Below the pieces are notes generated by a model. The model saw nothing but the letters and a program-made list of their open reading frames with translations. It was not told the DNA's origin and did not search any database. The translations under genes and the position numbers were made by a program. Shown here piece after piece: positions 39,018 through 46,070 of a stretch of 64,000 nt of DNA. Origin of the DNA: Candidatus Methanomethylophilaceae archaeon (lineage in GTDB: Archaea; Thermoplasmatota; Thermoplasmata; Methanomassiliicoccales; Methanomethylophilaceae); the NCBI GenBank assembly GCA_963643255.1, contig CAVIIW010000008.1:8553-72552 (forward strand), written 5' to 3'. How positions within the stretch are numbered: position 1 is the first letter of the stretch; each line of letters starts with the position of its first letter.

Positions 39018-39053
39018 CTGTTTTTAATCTACATGTAGACTGAATTCGGACTG
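39018..39053. repeat. Palindrome element copy C (more diverged), ending 8 nt before the ATPase 2 start
   Basis: The sequence is cctgtttttAATCTACATGTAGACTgaattcggact, with the palindrome core at 39026-39041. Confidence 0.7.
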
Positions 39054-39061
39054 GTACTGCT

Positions 39062-40315
39062 ATGGAAATAAAGAGAGACAGGTATCTCAACAGATTAATC
39101 TCCAGAAAAAGGAACGGTATGACCAAAGTCGTAACGGGTATGAGGAGATGCGGTAAATCGTATCTTCTGTTCAATCTGTTCAAAAACCACCTTTTGAGTT
39201 CTGGAGTCGGAGACGATCACATAATATGCATAGCATTGGACAGTCTTGAAGACGAACCGCTGTTGGATGCGAATAAGCTCTATTCCGCAATTAAAGACTC
39301 GATAACCGACAGCGATCAGTACTACGTCCTCTTGGATGAGATACAGCTCGTAGACAGGTTCGAGAAAGTCATCAACAGTCTGATGCGCATGAGTAATGTG
39401 GACATCTACGTAACAGGCAGTAATTCCAAAATGCTTTCTTCCGACATAATAACCGAATTCAGAGGAAGAGCCGATGAAGTCAGAGTAATGCCTCTGTCTT
39501 TTTCGGAATTTATCGCGGCATACGACGGCACCGACAAAGAAGCATGGGATCAATACATCGAATACGGCGGCCTGCCTGAAATTTTAATGCTGGACGGTGA
39601 CGAACAGAAGAGCGGATATCTTATGGGCGTACTGAACAAAACCTATCTGAAAGATATCAAAGACAGATACAGTATCCGGATTCCTTCCGCTTTGGACGGC
39701 ATATTCGATGTGCTGTCATCTTCCGTAGGATCCCTGACCAATCCGAAAAGAGTGAAAGATATTCTCAGAACCAAAGGTTTCAGCACTATCGACGATTCAA
39801 CCGTCAATAATTACATCGGATACCTTGAAGATGCATTTCTTTTCGAGAAAAGCAGCAGATATGACGTAAAAGGAAGATCTTACTTCGACACTCCTTCCAA
39901 ATATTACGCAACAGACATCGGAATAAGAAATGTGAGACTGAATTTCAGGCAGGTCGAGGAAACACATCTGATGGAAAATGTGATTTACAACGAACTGAGA
40001 TCGAGAGGATTCACCGTAGATGTGGGAGTGGTTGATTTTACCGAAACATCGGACGGAAAACGTGTGATGAAACGTACTGAGATTGATTTCGTTGCCAATA
40101 AAGGGAAAATCAGATACTACATCCAATCGGCGTACATGATGGATGACAGTAAGAGAAAAACGGAAATCAGACCGTTCCTGAAGGTGAATGATTCGTTCGG
40201 GAAGTTCATCATTGTAGACGGATCGATGCGCCCCCGTGTCGATGACAACGGAATAATCACGATGGGAATCATAGATTTTCTGAAAAACGATAAGAGTCTG
40301 GAAAATCCGTTTTGA
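39062..40315 (+). CDS. COG1373-type AAA+ ATPase with a DUF4143 / PD-(D/E)xK-like C-terminus (paralog)
   Basis: Walker A is GMRRCGKSYL and Walker B is VLLDEIQLV. The C-terminus is TEIDFVANKGKIRYYIQSAY. The protein is 417 aa. Confidence 0.8.
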   Translation: MEIKRDRYLNRLISRKRNGMTKVVTGMRRCGKSYLLFNLFKNHLLSSGVGDDHIICIALDSLEDEPLLDANKLYSAIKDSITDSDQYYVLLDEIQLVDRFEKVINSLMRMSNVDIYVTGSNSKMLSSDIITEFRGRADEVRVMPLSFSEFIAAYDGTDKEAWDQYIEYGGLPEILMLDGDEQKSGYLMGVLNKTYLKDIKDRYSIRIPSALDGIFDVLSSSVGSLTNPKRVKDILRTKGFSTIDDSTVNNYIGYLEDAFLFEKSSRYDVKGRSYFDTPSKYYATDIGIRNVRLNFRQVEETHLMENVIYNELRSRGFTVDVGVVDFTETSDGKRVMKRTEIDFVANKGKIRYYIQSAYMMDDSKRKTEIRPFLKVNDSFGKFIIVDGSMRPRVDDNGIITMGIIDFLKNDKSLENPF

Positions 40316-40320
40316 TTTTA

Positions 40321-40800
40321 TCACAAAATACTGTGACCTTCGATCTCAAGCATTCTTTGCTTTCTTTCCATTCCGCCTGCGTATCCCGTAAGACTTCCGT
40401 CTTTCCCGATTACGCGGTGACACGGAACAATAACCGCAACGGGATTGCGACCTACGGCCTGACCGACTGCCTGTGCGGACATGCGCGAACCTCTCTTTTC
40501 GGAGATTTTCGATGAAATTTCTCCGTATGTGACAGTACTTCCGTACGGTATCATACGGAGGATTTCCCACACTTCTTTTTGGAAATCCGTTCCGATTAAG
40601 TGAATACAGACTTCTTCCTGCGGAATCTTTCCCGAAAAATATTCATCAAGCCATTTCACAGCCGAAGAGATGTACTTTTCATTTCCTTCGGAATCGGATA
40701 CTTTCGGAGAACATTTCTGATCTTCGAACCATAATCCTGTGAGACCTTCATCATCCGCTGTGAGAATTATTCTTCCCAACGGAGAATCATAATATTCCAT
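40321..40800 (-). CDS. ogt: Methylated-DNA-protein-cysteine methyltransferase
   Basis: The active site is IVPCHRVIGKDGSLTGYAGG, and the N-terminus YDSPLGRIILTADDEGLTGLWF is MGMT-like. Confidence 0.9.
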   Translation of the reverse strand: MEYYDSPLGRIILTADDEGLTGLWFEDQKCSPKVSDSEGNEKYISSAVKWLDEYFSGKIPQEEVCIHLIGTDFQKEVWEILRMIPYGSTVTYGEISSKISEKRGSRMSAQAVGQAVGRNPVAVIVPCHRVIGKDGSLTGYAGGMERKQRMLEIEGHSIL

Positions 40801-40810
40801 ATCCTCCGCC

Positions 40811-41593
40811 TCACGGTTTCCCGGACATGTGTTCCGCTTTGAATCTCTCGAATTTCTTCTTTTCCGATGAGAGATACATCTTTTTCACAAACGGGAATAT
40901 TGTGAATAACACCATAGCGAAACGGAACAGTCTGCAGGGAAACACCCTCTTTTTCCCTTTCTCCATACCTTTTATCATAGCTTCCGCAACATGTTCCGGA
41001 GTCTGAACGGGATATGGTTTCTCGAAATCTCTGTCGTTTGCGGCTTTGAAGAATCCTGTATCCGTAGCTACGGGGTACAGAACGGTTAACTGAACATTGT
41101 CTCCTTTTTCAAGACGTACGGCATCCTGAAAACCGTCGAGTGCGAATTTTGTAGCAGTGTATAAGGTGTAACCGGGCATTCCCATGAGCCCCATGGCGGA
41201 TGCGGTCAGTGCAAAGATTCCTTTTCTTCCGTTGAGGTGTTTCACGAATTTCTGATAGGAGTAAATCGGAGAGTACACATTGGTGCGGAATATTCTGTCA
41301 ATTCTGTCCCAATCGGCGTAATCCATCGATTCGTAATACGGAAAACCTGCGTTTGCGATGAACACATCGATTTTATCAAAATGCTTCAGAGCTTCTTCGA
41401 ATATTCTGTCGACGTTTTCTTCCGTCGATACGTCGCATTCGAATGCTGTAACATCCTCATTGACTAAATTGTCTGTGTGAATATCCGCGGCGAATATCCT
41501 GTTGCCTTTGGATAAGAGCATCTTCATCATACGGTTCCCGATGCCGCTGTTCGCACCGGTGATGATTATGTTCTTACCTTCGATAGCTTCCAT
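40811..41593 (-). CDS. Short-chain dehydrogenase/reductase (SDR)
   Basis: TGANSGIG, NAG and YTATK motifs in 260 aa. Confidence 0.85.
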   Translation of the reverse strand: MEAIEGKNIIITGANSGIGNRMMKMLLSKGNRIFAADIHTDNLVNEDVTAFECDVSTEENVDRIFEEALKHFDKIDVFIANAGFPYYESMDYADWDRIDRIFRTNVYSPIYSYQKFVKHLNGRKGIFALTASAMGLMGMPGYTLYTATKFALDGFQDAVRLEKGDNVQLTVLYPVATDTGFFKAANDRDFEKPYPVQTPEHVAEAMIKGMEKGKKRVFPCRLFRFAMVLFTIFPFVKKMYLSSEKKKFERFKAEHMSGKP

Positions 41594-41608
41594 GATATCG
41601 TGACGGCA

Positions 41609-42361
41609 TCATAACCTCGGGTTATGATACCTTCTCCTCCCTTTGGTGAGATGTCCGAATTCGATTGCTTTCGAAGGACACCTGTTGATGCAGGAACAGC
41701 AGCGGAGACACCTCTTTTCCGTCCATACGGGAACTCCTTCGGACATTTCTATAATACCCGGAGGGCAGAGATTTACGCACTTTCCGCACCCTGTGCAGCT
41801 GCCGTTTACGTGGAATCCTCTTGTTTTTCTGCCGTAAACGTGTAAAGGCCTTCCGATATGTCCGAAAATACTCTTGAAGATACTGTGTTTTGAAAGATTG
41901 TCTTCTTTCTTTCCGTTTTTGATTTCATTACAGATCTTTTCCATTTTTACATCGGCTTCGTCTAAAATCTTCTGCGCATCGTCTTCCGTCGGAGGTTCGA
42001 AAAGAAGAACATAATTCTCAGGCATTCTGATTTCATAACGGCTTCCTGTTTCGAATCCTTTCGATTCGATCTCTTTGACAAAACCGTTCATAGCATCTCC
42101 GGGGAATGTTCCGAAGTTGATCATTACGTTAAACACAGGTTTTCTGTCAAAAGTTACATGGTCGATGAATTCCTTCACATTCAGCGGCATTCCGTAGAAG
42201 TAGACGGGAGATACGATGTAAACTTCCTCGTTTTCCTTCAGATTGTAACCGCATTTTCCTCTCAGCTCCGCTGCGATATCATACATTTCGTAACCTGTCG
42301 CTTCCGCAAGTTTACGTGCGAGATATTCCGAATTACCGGTGGCCGAGAAGTAGAAAATCAT
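41609..42361 (-). CDS. EFR1-type flavodoxin-like / 2x[4Fe-4S] ferredoxin fusion protein
   Basis: The N-terminus MIFYFSATGNSEYLA is flavodoxin-like. The C-terminus carries CTGCGKCVNLCP and CLRCCSCINRCP. Confidence 0.7.
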   Translation of the reverse strand: MIFYFSATGNSEYLARKLAEATGYEMYDIAAELRGKCGYNLKENEEVYIVSPVYFYGMPLNVKEFIDHVTFDRKPVFNVMINFGTFPGDAMNGFVKEIESKGFETGSRYEIRMPENYVLLFEPPTEDDAQKILDEADVKMEKICNEIKNGKKEDNLSKHSIFKSIFGHIGRPLHVYGRKTRGFHVNGSCTGCGKCVNLCPPGIIEMSEGVPVWTEKRCLRCCSCINRCPSKAIEFGHLTKGRRRYHNPRL

Positions 42362-42365
42362 ATGA

Positions 42366-43499
42366 TCACAATTCCGTCATGACTTCTTTGAGATACTGCA
42401 CATCGTCTTCGGTGTTGTATCTTGACAGTGAAATTCTCAGTGCGGAAAGACATTCCGCAGGAGACAATCCCAATGCGGATAACACATACGACGGTTCCGA
42501 AGAACCTGCGGAACATGCGGATGCCGCAGAGACTGCAATACCTTTCTTACTGAGTTTGATAACAGTGTCCGTTCCTTTTTCGATGTCATCGAATCTGAAG
42601 TGGGCGTTGTTGCATAATCTCCTTGCACCTGTCGGACCGTTGAGATGTGCGCCTTTGATTGAAAGAGTGTTGTCAATGATTTCGTCTCTGAGTTTGGTCA
42701 TCATTTTGATGTCTTCATCCATTGTAATCATTGCCAATTCCGCAGCCTTTCCCAATCCGACTATTCCGGGGACGTTTTCTGTTGAAGATCTCAACCCTCT
42801 TTCCTGTCCTCCGCCGAATCCTATCGGATGTACGGGAATTCCTGTTTTAATGTAAACCGCTCCGATTCCTTTCGGTGCGTGTACTTTATGTCCCGACAGA
42901 GATAACAGATCGATACCGTCTTTTTTGGTGTCTATTTTCATTTTTGTGTATCCCTGCACCGCATCCGTATGGAAATATGCGCCGTGTTCGTGGGAAACTT
43001 TCGCCAATTCTCCGATATCCTGAATGGTACCGACGACATTGTTTGCAGCCATGACGGATACCAAACGTACGTCGTCTCCCATTGCATCATCCAAAACGGA
43101 AGGATCGAGGTATCCTTCCCTATCGACTTTGAGAACAGTCAGTTCATATCCTCTTGATTCCAACTCATGACATGCTTCGAGAACGGCTTCGTGTTCGATT
43201 ACTGTGGTAACGATTCTCTTTCTCTTTTCATCTCCGGGAGCGGTCATCACACCCATCAGTGCAAGATTATCCGATTCCGTTCCTCCCGATGTAAACGTAA
43301 TTTCCGAAGGAAGACATCCCAGTGAATCGGCTACCCTTTTTCTTGCGATACGCAGTCCTTTGGCTGCCGCATCGCCCATGAAATGAATGCTGCTGGGGTT
43401 GCCGTATTCCTCTGTGAGGAAGGGCATCATCTCTCCGAGGACCTCCGGAGCGATCCTCGTAGTCGCACTGTTGTCCAGGTAGACTCTTTTGGAGGTCAT
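42366..43499 (-). CDS. Cysteine desulfurase (class V aminotransferase, NifS/IscS-like)
   Basis: YLDNSATT, the PLP-lysine region SLSGHKVHAPKGIGAVY, and SACSAGS are present. The start at MTSKRVYLDN (43499) is preceded by GGAGGA. Confidence 0.88.
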   Translation of the reverse strand: MTSKRVYLDNSATTRIAPEVLGEMMPFLTEEYGNPSSIHFMGDAAAKGLRIARKRVADSLGCLPSEITFTSGGTESDNLALMGVMTAPGDEKRKRIVTTVIEHEAVLEACHELESRGYELTVLKVDREGYLDPSVLDDAMGDDVRLVSVMAANNVVGTIQDIGELAKVSHEHGAYFHTDAVQGYTKMKIDTKKDGIDLLSLSGHKVHAPKGIGAVYIKTGIPVHPIGFGGGQERGLRSSTENVPGIVGLGKAAELAMITMDEDIKMMTKLRDEIIDNTLSIKGAHLNGPTGARRLCNNAHFRFDDIEKGTDTVIKLSKKGIAVSAASACSAGSSEPSYVLSALGLSPAECLSALRISLSRYNTEDDVQYLKEVMTEL

Positions 43500-43703
43500 A
43501 TCCTCCCGATACAACTGGTATAAGATAAAGAATGTCATTTAGGTAAAAACGATATTCGCTGTATTTCTACGCATTTCGAAGTTTGGATGTGTGGCTATGT
43601 GAAATTTCTACGAAACTACTTATACTCTCAGATTATCCAAGCCCTCATTAGTCGGACCTCTCCGTGTACGGATGTCCTAGAAACAATCGAAGGTGAAATC
43701 CAA

Positions 43704-46025
43704 ATGAGCAATGATGGACCTACACTCATCAAGATGCCCCGCATCCAGAAGGAACTTGCCCAATGTCAGATGTGCGGTTACTGCATAGACGTTTGCGAAG
43801 CGCACAGACAGACCCCCTGGGAGTCGGTCACTGCGAGAGGTAAAATCTACTACCTCAACCAGCTCGACAAAGCAGGCGCGGGAAAGATGGACAAACTCCT
43901 CGGAAGGAAGGTCACACTCAGCCCCGAGTTCGTAGATGCAATGTACAAATGTACAGGCTGCGGAAACTGCGAAGAAATCTGTCACGCAAAGATCGAACTC
44001 GTTGCACTGTGGGAAAAGATCAGGACATGGATGGCAAGGTACGGTGTCGCACCCCTGCCCGTCCACAAAAAACTCGAAGCAAGCATCGCAAAGAACGGAA
44101 ACCCGTACGGCGAACCCAAATCCAAGAGGGATGCATGGTGGCCCGAGGAAGTCAAGAGAGTTACACCTCCGGACGCGGTCTTCTTCGCAGGATGTACCGG
44201 TTCATACAGGATGCAGCAGATCCCCAAGGCGGCTGTCAAGGTCCTTGACAGAGCAGGCGTTAAGCTGAACTGCCTCGGTGAAAGCGAAATCTGCTGTACA
44301 TCTCCTCTTCTCAGGACAGGTCTCGACCTCCAGACACTGGAAGCCGCAAAAGAGACTGTCACCAAAGCCGACGGAATCGGTGCGAAAGATATGGTCATGT
44401 CATGCTCCGGATGTTACAAGACGGTTTCAAGCAACTTCGTCGAGTACTACGGTAAACCCGGACAGAACGTCTACCACATCACACAGTACGTAGACAAGCT
44501 CATTTCAACAAGGAAGCTCGCACTTCCCAACGAATTCAAAGCAAAGGTCACATACCACGACCCCTGCCACCTCGGAAGGCACTCGAAAGTCTTCGAGGAA
44601 CCCCGTAACATCCTGAAGAAGATCAAAGGAATCGACTTCGTCGAGATGGAAAGGAACAGAGAGAACTCCAGGTGCTGCGGTGCCGGAGGAGGATACAAGT
44701 CCGCATTCAATGATTTCGCAGTAAACATCGCTGCAGAGAGGATCAGAGATGCAGAGGCAGTCGGAGCGGAAATTATCGCAACAGCATGTCCGTTCTGTGT
44801 TCTCAACCTCAGGGCAGGAGCAAAGAAGATCGGATCCAAAGTCAAGGTAATGGATATTACCGAAATCCTTGTGCAGGTCACAGATCCCGAAGGTCCCAAG
44901 GAAATCTACCCCTGCGGTGCACCCCCTGCGCCTGTAGAGGCACCTAAGGAAGAAGTTAAAGCCGAGGGCCCCAAGGAGGGAGCCCCCGCCCCTTTAGCTG
45001 AATCTGAGGCACCGAAAGCAGCAGCTGCGGTTCCTCAGGAAGCACCTAAGGAAGAAGTCAAAGCCGAAGCTCCCAAAGAGGAACCCAAGGCAGAAGAAGC
45101 ACCGAAAGCGGAAGAGCCGAAGACCGAAGAGGTCAAAGCAGAAGAACCCAAAGCTGAAGAAGCTCCCAAAGAGGAGATAAAAGCAGAGGAAACACCCGCT
45201 GAGGAAGCGAAAGCCGAAGAAGCAGCGGCAGAGCCTGCAGCAGAGGAAACTCCTGCAGAAGAAGCAGTTGCCGAAGAACCCAAGACAGAAGAGCCTGTTG
45301 CCGAAACAGCAGAGGAAGCACCTGTCGCAGAAGAAGCGACAGAACCTGTTGCCGAGGAAGCACCTGCAGAGGAAGTCAAAGCGGAAGAATCCGTCGAGGA
45401 AACTCCTACCGAAGAGCCTGTCGCAGAAGAGGCGGCAGAACCTGTTGCCGAGGAAGCACCTGCAGAAGAAGCAGTTGCCGAAGAACCCAAGGCAGAAGAG
45501 CCTGTTGCTGAAGTAGCGGAAGAAGTTCCCGCCGAAGAGCCTGCAGCCGAAGAAGTCGCAGAAGAGATTCCCGAAGAATCCGTCGAGGAAGATGTTGCAG
45601 ACGTACCCGCAGATGATGTATCTGCCGAGGGAGTCGTTGCAGCAGGTGCGGTCGCAGCAGTTGCCACAGCCGCGGCCATCGGTGACGACGATGAGGAATA
45701 TGATGAAGAATTCGCCCGCGAATACGAAATCAAACCCGAAGGAGTCATCAGAAGAGCTGCCTGGAACAAAGGTCTCAGATGCAGAAGAAACTACGGTGAG
45801 GAAAACATCCCCTTCGCATTCGTCAAGAGCAAGGTCGCAGTCGGTGTCGGCGATGAAAAGATCGGCGATGAATCGAAAGCAAAACTCGAGGCAGCCGGAT
45901 GGATCGTTCTCTGGTTCGACGAGGCTGACATCACGGACGGAGCTGAGCAGGCAACTGTTATCAAGAGCGCCGTGAAAGAGAACCTTCGTGCCATGAAGAA
46001 AAAGAAGGCAAAGAAGAAGAAATGA
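43704..46025 (+). CDS. HdrD/GlpC-like Fe-S plus CCG-domain protein fused to an acidic low-complexity linker and a Vsr/DUF559-like C-terminal domain
   Basis: There are two 4Fe-4S motifs ([22 protein letters not shown]) and two CCG-type domains (AGCTG...ICCTSP and DPCHLG...RCCGAGGG...CPFC). A stretch of about 260 aa rich in E/A/P/K/V follows. The C-terminus is ...[30 protein letters not shown]...[17 protein letters not shown]... and ends KKKKAKKKK. The start is taken at MSNDGP, with GGTGA 8 nt upstream; the track ORF opens at 43587. Confidence 0.75.
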   Translation: MSNDGPTLIKMPRIQKELAQCQMCGYCIDVCEAHRQTPWESVTARGKIYYLNQLDKAGAGKMDKLLGRKVTLSPEFVDAMYKCTGCGNCEEICHAKIELVALWEKIRTWMARYGVAPLPVHKKLEASIAKNGNPYGEPKSKRDAWWPEEVKRVTPPDAVFFAGCTGSYRMQQIPKAAVKVLDRAGVKLNCLGESEICCTSPLLRTGLDLQTLEAAKETVTKADGIGAKDMVMSCSGCYKTVSSNFVEYYGKPGQNVYHITQYVDKLISTRKLALPNEFKAKVTYHDPCHLGRHSKVFEEPRNILKKIKGIDFVEMERNRENSRCCGAGGGYKSAFNDFAVNIAAERIRDAEAVGAEIIATACPFCVLNLRAGAKKIGSKVKVMDITEILVQVTDPEGPKEIYPCGAPPAPVEAPKEEVKAEGPKEGAPAPLAESEAPKAAAAVPQEAPKEEVKAEAPKEEPKAEEAPKAEEPKTEEVKAEEPKAEEAPKEEIKAEETPAEEAKAEEAAAEPAAEETPAEEAVAEEPKTEEPVAETAEEAPVAEEATEPVAEEAPAEEVKAEESVEETPTEEPVAEEAAEPVAEEAPAEEAVAEEPKAEEPVAEVAEEVPAEEPAAEEVAEEIPEESVEEDVADVPADDVSAEGVVAAGAVAAVATAAAIGDDDEEYDEEFAREYEIKPEGVIRRAAWNKGLRCRRNYGEENIPFAFVKSKVAVGVGDEKIGDESKAKLEAAGWIVLWFDEADITDGAEQATVIKSAVKENLRAMKKKKAKKKK
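44919..45701 (+). repeat. Imperfect tandem coding repeats (GAAGA/GCAG/CCTG-rich) encoding the E/A/P/K linker
   Basis: Blocks recur by eye, for example cctgttgccgaggaagcacctgcagaRgaag and gcagttgccgaagaacccaagRcagaagagcctgttgc, each seen at least twice. The mirror-image Ser/Ala-rich antisense ORF 45035-45769 is a by-product. Confidence 0.7.
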
Positions 46026-46032
46026 AACCTAT

Positions 46033-46068
46033 GACCGGGCCTTCAGGCCCGGTCCATTCTGTTTTTTT
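46033..46068 (+). terminator. Stem-loop plus T-run terminator after the HdrD-like gene
   Basis: gaccgggcc-ttca-ggcccggtc forms a 9-bp stem and is followed by a T7 run at 46062-46068. Confidence 0.6.
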
Positions 46069-46070
46069 AT

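Noticed and set aside
38697-39053. Possible miniature CRISPR array, because of three ~40-bp repeats with a palindromic core
   Set aside because: There are only three copies. The spacing is irregular and too long (178 and 137 bp centre to centre), the copies diverge at their edges, no cas genes are in the window, and the third copy abuts a start codon. A regulatory or MITE-like element fits better.
33092-40320. Integrated provirus, plasmid or integrative element with an integrase and att sites
   Set aside because: I recognised no integrase, capsid or replication genes and found no tRNA 3'-end direct repeat by eye. I therefore keep only the weaker claim of an accessory or defence island.
45035-45769. 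244-aa Ser/Ala-rich ORF on the minus strand
   Set aside because: It is the exact antisense mirror of the GAA/GCA/CCT-rich repeat that encodes the acidic linker on the plus strand. It is low-complexity with no independent signals.
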